Of a DNA stretch of 64,000 nt, positions 45,071 through 58,392 are shown piece by piece (the first letter of the stretch is position 1; each line of letters opens with the position of its first letter). Below the pieces are notes generated by a model. That model searched no databases. It saw only the letters and a list, made by a program, of their open reading frames with translations, and was not told the DNA's origin. The stretch spans positions 1,574,583 to 1,638,582 of the forward strand of contig CBDCVC010000002.1 of the NCBI GenBank assembly GCA_965222875.1, written 5' to 3'. The stretch comes from Candidatus Multivorans sp. GTDB taxonomy: Bacteria; Acidobacteriota; Thermoanaerobaculia; Multivoradales; Multivoraceae. Position numbers and translations under genes: made by a program.

Positions 45071-47057
45071 CTAGTCCGAAGTTCTGAGGCTCCTGGGGCC
45101 TCCTCGTCGTCGAGAGGCGTTGCAGTGCTTGGGTTTTGGGGTGTTGGGCCGCCCATGTTTTCTGCCATTTGTAGCCATGTAAGAATCTCGTGGCATGTAG
45201 ACATCCTGAATGGTTTCGTCTACAATGAGAAGCCATGTACATCGAACGGGTACCCAACCGAAACTCACCACCCGCCGTCCTGCTGAGAGAGTCCTACCGA
45301 CAGGACGGAAAGGTCAAGAAACGCACTCTCGCCAACCTCTCCAAGTGGCCCGACCAACTCGTCGAAGGACTCAGAACCCTGCTCAAGGGAGGAGTCGCCC
45401 TGCCTTCGCTCGAGGCCGCCTTCGAGATCCTGCGCGCCAGACCGCACGGCCATGTCGCCGCCGTCCTCGGCGCGGCCCGAAGCCTCGGCATCGAACGACT
45501 CCTCGACCGACGGCCCTCGCGCGAACGGGCGCTGGCGCTGGCCATGATCGCGGCCCGCATCCTCGAGCCGCGATCCAAGCTCGCCACCGCCCGCGGACTC
45601 GCAAGCGAGACCATGAGCCACACCCTCGGCGAGGAACTCGGCGTGCAGGAGGCCTCGGCCGACGAACTCTACGGCGCCATGGACTGGCTGCTCGAAAGAC
45701 AGCCGCGCATCGAGCGGACTCTTGCCCGGCGGCATCTGGAAGACGGCTCGCTGGTGCTCTGCGACGTGACCTCGGTCTACTTTGAGGGCAGGAAGTGCAC
45801 GCTGGCCAGGCACGGCTACTCCAGGGACAAGAAGAGAGGCAAGGTCCAGATCGTCTTCGGCCTGCTCTGCAGCCGGGACGGATGCCCGGTCGCGGTCGAG
45901 GTATTCGAGGGCAACACGGCCGATCCGACGACCCTGAACGCCCAGGTGCAGAAGCTCCGCGACCGCTTCTCGCTGGAGAGGATCGTGATGGTCTCAGACC
46001 GGGGCCTGATCACCGACGCGCGCATCCGCGAGGACCTCGACCCCGCGGGCCTGTCCTGGATCAGCGCCCTGCGCGCGCCGGCGATCAGGACGCTGGCCCA
46101 GGAAGGCCACCTGCAACTGTCGCTCTTCGACCAGCGGAAGATGGCCGAGATCAGGGTCCCGGAGCTGTACCCCAAGGAGCGCCTCGTGGTGTGCCGGAAC
46201 CCGCTTCTGGCGGAGGAACGCGGCCGCAAGCGAAAGGAGCTTCTCGAATCCACCGAGCGCAAGCTCGACGCCGTCGTTGCGGCGACGCGGCGCAAGAAGA
46301 ACCTCCTGCGCGGCAAGGACGCCATCGCCGTGCGGGCGGACCGCGCCCGGGGCGCCTACAAGGTCGGCAAGCACTTCGAGGTCGAGATCGAAGAGGACGG
46401 CTTCCAATACCGCCGCAACGAGGCGCGCATCGCCGAGGAAGCCGCTCTCGACGGCTTCTACGTCATCCGCACCAACGTCCCCGAAGACGAACTGCCGGCA
46501 GCCGATGCGGTCCGCGCCTACAAGAGCCTCAGCCGCGTCGAACGCGCCTTCCGCTCCTACAAGAGCGTCGACCTCAAAGTGCGCCCCGTCCACCATCGCC
46601 TGGCCTCGAGGGTGCGCGCCCATGTCTTCCTCTGCATGCTCGCCTACTACGTCGAGTGGCACATGCGCCGGACCCTGGCGCCCCTCCTCTTCGACGACCA
46701 ACGCCGCGACGACCAACGCGAGTCGCCCGTCGATCCCGCGCGCAGGTCGCCCGAGGCAATGGCCAAGGCCAACTCCCGGAGGACCCCCGACGGACTCCCC
46801 GTCCACAGCTTCCAGACCTTGCTCGCCGACCTGGCCACGCTGACCCGAAACCGCGTGCGGATGCACGGCAAGGCCGACTCCACCGCCGACGTCCTCGCAC
46901 GGCCCACTCCACTCCAGAACGAAGCCTTCAAACTACTCGGCATCCGCCCCTGAAGCCGACGTACCCAGTACAAGACACCGCCGAACAACTGAAAACGCCC
47001 ACCACTACAGGCGATTTCACGACTTGAAGCTCAGAACTTCGGTCTAGTGCTGACGCG
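45071..47057 (+). mobile_element. IS1634-family (IS4 superfamily) insertion sequence, ~1.99 kb
   Basis: 19-bp terminal inverted repeats matching at 17 of 19 positions, enclosing a 572-aa IS1634-type DDE transposase. Confidence 0.75.
45235..46953 (+). CDS. IS1634-family DDE transposase
   Basis: The N-terminus MYIERVPNRNSPPAVLLRESYRQDGKVKKRTLANLSKWP is the IS1634 family hallmark. DDE region: LCDVTSVYFEG…MVSDRGL…. Confidence 0.85.
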   Translation: MYIERVPNRNSPPAVLLRESYRQDGKVKKRTLANLSKWPDQLVEGLRTLLKGGVALPSLEAAFEILRARPHGHVAAVLGAARSLGIERLLDRRPSRERALALAMIAARILEPRSKLATARGLASETMSHTLGEELGVQEASADELYGAMDWLLERQPRIERTLARRHLEDGSLVLCDVTSVYFEGRKCTLARHGYSRDKKRGKVQIVFGLLCSRDGCPVAVEVFEGNTADPTTLNAQVQKLRDRFSLERIVMVSDRGLITDARIREDLDPAGLSWISALRAPAIRTLAQEGHLQLSLFDQRKMAEIRVPELYPKERLVVCRNPLLAEERGRKRKELLESTERKLDAVVAATRRKKNLLRGKDAIAVRADRARGAYKVGKHFEVEIEEDGFQYRRNEARIAEEAALDGFYVIRTNVPEDELPAADAVRAYKSLSRVERAFRSYKSVDLKVRPVHHRLASRVRAHVFLCMLAYYVEWHMRRTLAPLLFDDQRRDDQRESPVDPARRSPEAMAKANSRRTPDGLPVHSFQTLLADLATLTRNRVRMHGKADSTADVLARPTPLQNEAFKLLGIRP

Positions 47058-49317
47058 CGTGCTGACGATTGCGCTGCCGGCCGAGGGCCAAGTGCCGGAA
47101 ACGGTGCGGTTGGTCGTTCACATCGAGATCAGGGGAACGGTAGACGACCGACTTCCGGCCGACATCGGTTTGGCGTTCCTGGAGGCTGCGACGCAGACGC
47201 CCCTTGCGAGCGTCACCGCCGAGATCGGGAGGGCGTCCACCGTGGACCTTCACGCGGCGGTGCCGCTACCCGCGGTCGGATCGGTCTGGGAGATCGAGAC
47301 GAGGGCCGAGGGGTGGTGGGGGCCCACCTTGCTGCTCTCAACGGATCGAAGAGAGATCGACATTGTTCTGGTTCCGGCTGGAACCGTTCGTCTCGAGGCG
47401 TGGGGCGCCGACCGCGGCGTCGCGATGCTGAACGAAGACACTGTCGGAATCGTCGGCCGAATCTCCAACAGAGCGGGCGCCGTCGCGCCGCTCCTCGACC
47501 CGGGTATCCACCGCGGCACCTGTGAGGTCGAGAGATTCCCGGACGAGCGCCGGGTGGCGGTTAGCTGTCCCTTTGCCCGTGGTTCTACGACGGATCTGGA
47601 GGTCCTGCTAGGACCGTTCCTCCCGCTCCGGAAGTCGACTGTGACCGTTTCGGACGACACGGACCTCGGTGTGGTTGAGACGGTCCGGGGAGGAGTTGTC
47701 ACCGGGCGTTACCAGGGCGAGAGCGGGGAAAGTGCCCACTTCGTTCTGCAACGCAGACATGCACTCTTCGAGTTTGTTCGCGTGGCCTGGACGGATGGCG
47801 CCCACTCCGTTCGTTTTGAGGGCCTCCAGCCCGGCGAGTACGAGTTAAGCCGGGTTGGTTCGCCGGATACACGGACTGCGACCATCGGGGCTCTGCATGA
47901 CGTGGTCGATCTCGGCGACCTTTATCCGGCCGCAAGGACTCGCTTGGCAGTGTCGGTCTTGACACCGTTCTACGTGAGGGGCGACGACCTGAGTCTGAAG
48001 CTGCAATCCGTGACTCGTTCGGAGGACGGCAGCGTGTACCGTCGCGGGCGCGTGATGGAACCGCCGTCGCGCGATTCCGGCGAGTGGATCTGGCGCGACG
48101 TCCCGGCGGGATCCTATGAACTCCAGATAGGCGACCGCTTCGGCAATCGCCTGGGACGCGAGCCGATCGAGTTCTTCACGGCCAACGACCGAGTAGTCGT
48201 TGAGCTGGATGCGATACCCCTGGAAGGGGTGATTCGGCAGGGCAGCGAACCGCTGGAGGACGCGATGGTCTGGTTCGGGGGCGCTTGGGGGAGTGAGCGG
48301 ACGGCCCTGCGCAGCCGGGAAGACGGTCGCTTCAAAGGCTGGCTGCCCCGTAGCGGGCACTGGTTCGTTGAGGTCAGTTCGGCGCCTGACTGCGACCCGT
48401 GTGAAGGCGAATGGGATACCGCCGGTTGGAATGGATTCGCGCCGAATCCCTTGAGCGAGGCTGGAGTCATTGAAGTTGAGCCGGACAGCGACGGCGTTGC
48501 GCGCGTGGAGATCGAGGTGGCTGCTGGAGGCATCGAAGGTCAAGTGTTCCGCATCTCCCCGACGACAGGTGTTTCCGATCTGGTTTCCGGGGCCAATGTC
48601 AGTGTGATGGTGCCGGCTGATGATCAGGGGAAGGAGCGGGACGCCCTTCGGCCTGAGCGCTGGCAGGCAACGTCAGGCACTGACGGAAAGTTCTCAATAC
48701 CAGGAGTTCCCGAAGGGAACTACCAAGTGCGAGCAACTGCTCGAGTTGAGGGCCGCGAGCTTAGGTCCCCCTGGCTTGCGGCGAGAGTGAGCAAGTCCGG
48801 GGAGATGACGGCGGTGGACTTGCATCTGGAGGAACAGAAGCGGATCACGTTGGCCGTCTTCTCGTCCGGTGTTCCGGTGGATAGTGCGCAGGTACTCGCG
48901 AAACCGATTGGGCCGGATCGCGCCATCAGTGGTGGCAAGACGCGGGAAGACGGAACCACGGAACTTTGGCTGCCGCCGGCTGCTCAACTCGTCGACGTTG
49001 TCGTGCGTAGGCGTGGAATGGGGATGGTCGCGTGGCGGTTCGATTTGGACATTGGGCCGATCGAGATCGAACTTCCGGATCTGCGGGGCAGCCTGCGGGC
49101 ACCTGTCACGAGCAGTGGGGCGATCATCTCGCCCGGCGGTGTTCAGTGGGACACGGCACACCTTCTAGCGATAGACGGTGCTTGGCAGATCCGCGTAGAA
49201 GGTAGTGAGTATGTCGTAGGCGAGTTGGCGCCTGGCAGGTGGATGTACTGCCTGTCTGGAGACGATTGTAGACATGTCGATGTAACACCTTGGAGCGAGA
49301 GCCGAGTGTCACAGTAG
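47056..49317 (+). CDS. Large hypothetical protein with repeated CarboxypepD_reg-like / Ig-like β-sandwich domains; 5' end coincides with IS inverted repeat
   Basis: About 750 aa and lower GC. Repeated motifs such as GVVTGRYQGESGESAHF, GSYELQIGDRFGN and TDGKFSIPGVPEGNYQVRATA resemble carboxypeptidase-regulatory-like domains. There is no signal peptide at the annotated N-terminus. The ORF begins inside the inverted-repeat copy at 47039-57. Confidence 0.45.
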   Translation, partial: RVLTIALPAEGQVPETVRLVVHIEIRGTVDDRLPADIGLAFLEAATQTPLASVTAEIGRASTVDLHAAVPLPAVGSVWEIETRAEGWWGPTLLLSTDRREIDIVLVPAGTVRLEAWGADRGVAMLNEDTVGIVGRISNRAGAVAPLLDPGIHRGTCEVERFPDERRVAVSCPFARGSTTDLEVLLGPFLPLRKSTVTVSDDTDLGVVETVRGGVVTGRYQGESGESAHFVLQRRHALFEFVRVAWTDGAHSVRFEGLQPGEYELSRVGSPDTRTATIGALHDVVDLGDLYPAARTRLAVSVLTPFYVRGDDLSLKLQSVTRSEDGSVYRRGRVMEPPSRDSGEWIWRDVPAGSYELQIGDRFGNRLGREPIEFFTANDRVVVELDAIPLEGVIRQGSEPLEDAMVWFGGAWGSERTALRSREDGRFKGWLPRSGHWFVEVSSAPDCDPCEGEWDTAGWNGFAPNPLSEAGVIEVEPDSDGVARVEIEVAAGGIEGQVFRISPTTGVSDLVSGANVSVMVPADDQGKERDALRPERWQATSGTDGKFSIPGVPEGNYQVRATARVEGRELRSPWLAARVSKSGEMTAVDLHLEEQKRITLAVFSSGVPVDSAQVLAKPIGPDRAISGGKTREDGTTELWLPPAAQLVDVVVRRRGMGMVAWRFDLDIGPIEIELPDLRGSLRAPVTSSGAIISPGGVQWDTAHLLAIDGAWQIRVEGSEYVVGELAPGRWMYCLSGDDCRHVDVTPWSESRVSQ

Positions 49318-49338
49318 CGCTCTCCCGGAAAGGAAGCC

Positions 49339-49824
49339 ATGCAAGAAAAATTGAGAGCAGCTGTCGTTGTCGCTGCTGTGTTCGTGGTGCCGTTGATGGC
49401 CGAGGAGCAGATCGCGACCCAGAAGAGGGCGGGCTACATGGGCGTCGGCTTTGCCGTGGATCCCAACAGTGGACAGGTACGAGTGGAACATGTCGTGCCT
49501 CAAGCACCCGCTGCTCGAAGTGGAGTTCAAGCTGGCGATGTTCTGGATACCGTGAATGGCGCGAAGGTCCGGTTCGGGAGCCATGCCGACGTGATCGAGT
49601 TCTTCGAGCGGTCGACATTCGCGAGCGTTCCGGTCGCGATGTCCTACCTGCGAGGATCAGAGGTAGTGAAGGTAGAGGCGACACCAAGTCAGCGGCCAGC
49701 GGAAGTGGTCGAGAGGAACGCCAAGGCCGTTCTATGCAGGGACGGCGTACTGTTTGCCAGCAAACGGCAAGCAGCGAACAGCCTGGTCCCGGCGAGGTCT
49801 CAACCCGTAAAGGACCGCCGGTAG
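49339..49824 (+). CDS. Secreted PDZ-domain protein
   Basis: Signal peptide (MQEKLRAAVVVAAVFVVPLMA) and a PDZ segment (GYMGVGFAVD…VVPQAPAARSGVQAGDVLDTVNGAKV). A GGAAAGGAAG ribosome-binding site 22 bp after the upstream stop suggests co-transcription. Confidence 0.6.
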   Translation: MQEKLRAAVVVAAVFVVPLMAEEQIATQKRAGYMGVGFAVDPNSGQVRVEHVVPQAPAARSGVQAGDVLDTVNGAKVRFGSHADVIEFFERSTFASVPVAMSYLRGSEVVKVEATPSQRPAEVVERNAKAVLCRDGVLFASKRQAANSLVPARSQPVKDRR

Positions 49825-49965
49825 CGGAGTATCCCGACGGGCCGGTTGGGATTGCGGAGCCTCCCCGCTGCGGCTGAGATCGCTGTGTCGCTGGGCCATG
49901 GACCGCGCTTGGGCTGCGGCCAGACGGTTGGAGCCGGCGCGGCTGCTGAGCATCAGAACTTCGCG

Positions 49966-50240
49966 CTAGCTGGCGCCGCGGCGAATGCGCTCGATCTTCG
50001 TCTTCAGCCGTTCCGACAGGCGTCGCTTCTCGGCGCGGTAGTTCTCTTCTTCCTGGAGTCGTTTGGCCGGGTCGGGGGACAGATTCTTGCGGTGGAGGAT
50101 CTCGAGTTCGGCGAGCTTCGCCTGGTGGCGACTCCGTTCGTCCTCGATGCGCCGGCGCTGGTTCTCGTCCAGGGCGTCCCGCTGGGGCGCGGCGATGCCC
50201 CTGCTCTCCAGCTTCTCGAGCGCCCTCTCGTAGGCTGACT

Positions 50241-50245
<5 letters not shown>
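49966..50245 (-). CDS. Hypothetical charged coiled-coil protein, translationally coupled to the mutase gene; stop codon supplied by the IS-like inverted repeat
   Basis: [92 protein letters not shown]. Its GTG start overlaps the mutase stop (GTGA). Its TAG stop lies within the ctag end of the inverted-repeat copy at 49951-69. Confidence 0.3.
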
Positions 50246-51806
<1,561 letters not shown>

Positions 51807-52099
51807 CGCAGGTGAGCTTATCGCTGCCCGGGAATCCGCAGGGTTTAGCGGGCCTCTCCGCAGCTTCTTCCCTGTTTATCGATGAGGCTGCATAGACCGA
51901 TGAGTGCCATATCTTGTACAGTCACCCCTTGACAACCACCACATGTTGGACTAGCAGGGCGAATAGACTGAGCTTCTGACTTCACTGGACGTTCACACGT
52001 CTCAAGCATGGCACTACGCTCACGAGCGGCGCGGAACAGCCCGCGCAGCGTCCGACTGCGTTGACGCCGGAGCTTGAGAACACCGAAGGGAGAGGGACT

Positions 52100-54967
<2,868 letters not shown>

Positions 54968-55027
54968 GGTCCGCGAGCTGTCGGCGCCAGCAGGGCTGAG
55001 CCCTGCAAGGGCTGCTAGGCTGCCCGG

Positions 55028-55561
55028 GTGACAAGAGGTCTTGCAATTGGGCTGCTGGTGGCCCTGGGCGTGGTGGCGGCAGCGTTCGTCGTCTTCGTCG
55101 GGCTCAACGTGGCGACGGCGCCGGATGTCTCGGAACTCGATCCGATCCTGACGAGTTTCCAGCTCGACACCCTGGACGGATCGCGCCTGGGCCCGCCGGA
55201 CTTGCGCGGAGACGTCGTGGTGGTCGACTTCTGGGCGACCTGGTGCAAGCCATGCGACGCCCAGGCGAGGATCCTGGAGGGGCTGCACGCGGAGTACGCC
55301 GACAAGGGGGTGACGTTCCTGGCCCTGAACACGGGCGAGGATCTGGAGACGGTCCAGAAGCACGTCGACGAGAAGCCGTTCGGTTACCCGGTGCTGCTCG
55401 ACCCCGAGAGCGAGGTGATGCGCACCGCGGAGCTTTCCGGTCTGCCCACGCTCCTGGTGCTCAATCCGCTCGGTGAGGTGTCCTACATCGCCATCGGTGT
55501 GACCGGGGCGAGCGTGGTGAGGAGCGCGATCGAGGAAGCGCGCGCGGTCGCATCGGGTTGA
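55028..55561 (+). CDS. TlpA-like thiol-disulfide oxidoreductase (thioredoxin fold, WCKPC)
   Basis: N-terminal transmembrane anchor and a redoxin domain with FWATWCKPC. Confidence 0.7.
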   Translation: MTRGLAIGLLVALGVVAAAFVVFVGLNVATAPDVSELDPILTSFQLDTLDGSRLGPPDLRGDVVVVDFWATWCKPCDAQARILEGLHAEYADKGVTFLALNTGEDLETVQKHVDEKPFGYPVLLDPESEVMRTAELSGLPTLLVLNPLGEVSYIAIGVTGASVVRSAIEEARAVASG

Positions 55562-55613
55562 GGCCGGAGGCCCGGCAGCCCGGTTCTCGCGTCGCAGGAG
55601 GTTCGTTCGCGTC

Positions 55614-55850
55614 GTGATCAACATCCGCAGCCTCTCGATCAAGTGCGGCCACTGCGACAGCTACCAGACACTGTGCGCATACCGCCGCCGGGACGATTGG
55701 AACGTGTACGTCTACGAGTGCGAGAACGACGTGTGCGACCCGGAGTTGAGCCGCACGCTGGTGGAGGTGCCGAGCGAACTGGACGAGTTCGCGAGCCGGG
55801 ATCCGACCTGGGCGCACGGACGGCGCCATAGCGGCGGCCAGGACGAATAG
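55614..55850 (+). CDS. Small hypothetical zinc-ribbon-like protein
   Basis: 78 aa with CGHCDSY…C…YECENDVCDP (4+ Cys). The GTG start makes this a weak call. Confidence 0.3.
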   Translation: MINIRSLSIKCGHCDSYQTLCAYRRRDDWNVYVYECENDVCDPELSRTLVEVPSELDEFASRDPTWAHGRRHSGGQDE

Positions 55851-55913
55851 GTCGATCCCCTGGGACCGCGGAAACAGCCTCTCTCGGCTGAACGGCTGGA
55901 AACCCTCGCCGCG

Positions 55914-57140
55914 TTGGCGGGAATCAGCCGCCTGGAGCTGACAATCGAGAAGGTCGTGCTGGGCGGCGACGGTCTGGCGCGCTGGCGCGATCTGCCGATC
56001 TTCGTGCCGCGGGCTGCGCCGGGCGACGTGGTCGATGTCCGGATCAGTGAACGCCGGCCGAGCTACGCCCGCGCCGAGATCGAACGCGTGATCTCAGCCG
56101 GCCCTCTGCGGCGGGAAGCTCCCTGTCCCTTCTACGCCCGCTGCGGCGGCTGCCAACTTCAGCACATCGAGGACGATGCGCAGTTCGGCCTCAAGGTCGC
56201 CGCAGCGACGGAGACGTTGCGCCGGCTGGGCGGCATCGATCCGGCTCAGCTTGCGAGTTGCCACGTCGAAGAACCGGTCGGGGACCGGCAGTGGGGCTAT
56301 CGCCTGCGGGCCCAGGTCCACGTCGAACAGGACGCGGACGGGTCGACCGGCGTCGGTTTCCGCCGTCGCCGCAGCCATGACCTGGTCCAGGTCGACCGCT
56401 GCCCGGTGCTGGCGCCGGCGCTCGAAGCCCAGTTGGCCGATCTGCCGCGGTTGCTGGACGACGCGGCGCAGGCCGGGCAGGCTCTGCCGGGCCGCCTCAG
56501 CCTGGCCACGGACGGTCTCGACCAAGACAGCCCGGTGGTTGCGGCGCCCCCCTTGGGCGGACTGCCGGGCGGCGAACTGGAGGTCGAGCTGCTGGGGCGT
56601 CGCCTGACCTTCGACGCCCGCTGCTTCTTCCAGGCCCACGGGGGATTGCTGGAGACGGTGGCGCGATCGGCGGTGGGTTCCTTCGAGGGCGAGACGGCGG
56701 TCGACCTCTACGCGGGGGTCGGCTTCTTCACGGTCGGTCTCGCCGACCGCTATGGGTCGGTGACGGCGGTCGAAGGCGAATCGGTCGCCGCGCGCTACGC
56801 GAGGAACAACCTGCGCCTGAACGGCCTGCGTCACTGCCGGGTCGAGCGGGCCGCGGTCGAGAGTTGGGTCGACGGCAAGGCAGGCGGCGAGGGCCTGGCG
56901 CCCGGACTTGATCGCGTTCTGGCCGATCCGCCCCGCGTCGGTTTGTCGTGGAACGTCCGCCGGGCCCTGCTGCGGGCCGCGCCGGCCCGGTTGACCTACG
57001 TGTCCTGCGATCCGGCGACGCTGGCTCGCGATCTCGGCGAGCTGACCCGGGACTTCGACCTGGAGTCGATCACGTTCTTCGACATCTTCCCGCAGACCGC
57101 CCACCTGGAGACGGTGGTCCAGTTGCGGCGACGCGGCTGA
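55914..57140 (+). CDS. rlmD: 23S rRNA (uracil-C5)-methyltransferase RlmD/RumA-like (TRAM + FeS + SAM-MTase)
   Basis: TRAM domain (…LTIEKVVLGGDGLAR…), a 4-Cys cluster (CPFYARCGGCQLQH…C) and a C-terminal class I SAM methyltransferase (DLYAGVGFF, DPPRVG). Confidence 0.7.
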   Translation: MAGISRLELTIEKVVLGGDGLARWRDLPIFVPRAAPGDVVDVRISERRPSYARAEIERVISAGPLRREAPCPFYARCGGCQLQHIEDDAQFGLKVAAATETLRRLGGIDPAQLASCHVEEPVGDRQWGYRLRAQVHVEQDADGSTGVGFRRRRSHDLVQVDRCPVLAPALEAQLADLPRLLDDAAQAGQALPGRLSLATDGLDQDSPVVAAPPLGGLPGGELEVELLGRRLTFDARCFFQAHGGLLETVARSAVGSFEGETAVDLYAGVGFFTVGLADRYGSVTAVEGESVAARYARNNLRLNGLRHCRVERAAVESWVDGKAGGEGLAPGLDRVLADPPRVGLSWNVRRALLRAAPARLTYVSCDPATLARDLGELTRDFDLESITFFDIFPQTAHLETVVQLRRRG

Positions 57141-57223
57141 CGCCGCGGCTGCGGCTGCGGCTGCTCGGCGCCACCCGTCCGCACCGGCGTCCGGAGGGGA
57201 GGTTCCAAGCGGCCGCTCGGCGG

Positions 57224-57712
57224 CTACAGGCTGCGCCGGTAGCTTGCGCCCTGGCCCCGGGTCTCGGTCACCGTGACTTCGACGACCGCTACCCGGTCTC
57301 GAAAGTGCGCCCATCGGTCTCGCAGACGGTGCCACAGCAGCCGCGCCAGCGCCTCGATGGTCACGTTGCCAACCGGCAGCAGGACGACCTCGGACGACGG
57401 AAACTCGTAGCGCCGCGAGCCGAACACCGCCGTCACCGCCTCGCCGTCCCCGGCGAGTTCGAGGTGAGGACAGTCCGCGGGCAACAGGACCTTCTCGTCC
57501 AGGGCGGCGCATTGGGCGCGGATTTCCCGCTTCGCCGTGGCGAGAGGAACCAGGAAGTCCAGTTCGTCGAGCGCGGATCCGCTCAACTCCACCACAACCC
57601 GGTAGTTGTGACCGTGCAGCGGCTCCGCTTCGCCGTCGCTGAAGACGGTGAAGTGGGCGGCGGAGAACTTGAAGTCCTCCTTGCCGAGGCGGAGCGAGAA
57701 TCTGCCGGACAC
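57224..57712 (-). CDS. queD: 6-carboxytetrahydropterin / 6-pyruvoyl-tetrahydropterin synthase (QueD/PTPS family)
   Basis: 162 aa with the FSAAHF…LHGHNY… zinc-binding motif of the PTPS family. Confidence 0.8.
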   Translation of the reverse strand: MSGRFSLRLGKEDFKFSAAHFTVFSDGEAEPLHGHNYRVVVELSGSALDELDFLVPLATAKREIRAQCAALDEKVLLPADCPHLELAGDGEAVTAVFGSRRYEFPSSEVVLLPVGNVTIEALARLLWHRLRDRWAHFRDRVAVVEVTVTETRGQGASYRRSL

Positions 57713-57790
57713 GAGTCGATCGTAGCGTCCGGCTCGGGTCCGCGACCCTGCAGGCCGGGATCCGCCCGCTTGGCGGCCGCTCGTCCGGCG

Positions 57791-58390
57791 CTAGCGCCAG
57801 GGGCGGGACGGCTCCCTGATCCGGCGGATCATCCGGCGCCGGCGATTGGCCGGGTCGCTCGGGTCGTTGGAGAACAGCCGCATCACATCGCCGTCGCGTG
57901 CGAAGCGGTACCGGCGCGCCGGCTTCTTGCCGTTCAGTCCCTTGGCTGTGCTCTTCGGGTAGGTCCAGAGTTCGATGGCCGGGTCATCGATGTCGCGGTG
58001 CTCCTCCCACTCCGTCTTCTCCGGGCCTCCGAACAAGACATAGACCATGCCGCGATCCGTCCGCCGGCCGAGCAGGCCCGATTCCGAGTAGCGCTTGTCG
58101 GCCTCGACAGCCCGCAGCTCGAACTGCCGCTTCAGTGCGCCGTCTCTTCGGCGCCAGAACTGCTCGACGAAGGCTTCCGCCGCCTCGTCCGACTCGATCA
58201 GAAGGAAGAGTGTCCGCTCTTCCTCGTCGGCGAGCTGACCGACCGGTCCCACCATCCAGCGCGTGTAGGCGGGCCCCAGGAAGGGGTTGATCAGGTCGTC
58301 CGGATGAAGCCGCTTGAGACTGTCGGCAGCCGTCGCCGCCGAGGTCGCGCCCAGAACCAGAGTCAGAGCCAGGGCCGCCGGGCGCCGCAC
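57791..58390 (-). CDS. Secreted GWxTD-domain protein
   Basis: Signal peptide (VRRPAALALTLVLGATSAATA|ADS) and a C-terminal …GRRTDRGMVYVLFGGPEK…WTY… resembling the GWxTD family. Its start overlaps the folE stop. Confidence 0.45.
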   Translation of the reverse strand: MRRPAALALTLVLGATSAATAADSLKRLHPDDLINPFLGPAYTRWMVGPVGQLADEEERTLFLLIESDEAAEAFVEQFWRRRDGALKRQFELRAVEADKRYSESGLLGRRTDRGMVYVLFGGPEKTEWEEHRDIDDPAIELWTYPKSTAKGLNGKKPARRYRFARDGDVMRLFSNDPSDPANRRRRMIRRIREPSRPWR

Positions 58391-58392
58391 CG

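Larger units (their letters stand above)
45070..49970 (+). mobile_element. Putative ~4.9-kb IS1634-derived unit carrying cargo genes, flanked by 6-bp direct repeats TGGCGC
   Basis: Left inverted repeat ctagtccgaagttctgagg at 45071-89. A matching inverted sequence occurs at 47039-57 (gctcagaacttcggtctag) and again at 49951-69 (catcagaacttcgcgctag). TGGCGC lies immediately outside the left end (45064-69) and immediately outside the third copy (49971-76). The interior has lower GC. Confidence 0.4.

Noticed and set aside
57145-57175. gcggct ×3 microsatellite-like repeat, considered as a possible CRISPR or short tandem repeat
   Set aside because: There are only three 6-bp units, with no spacers or regular array. 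It is more likely part of a GC hairpin between the convergent rlmD and queD genes.
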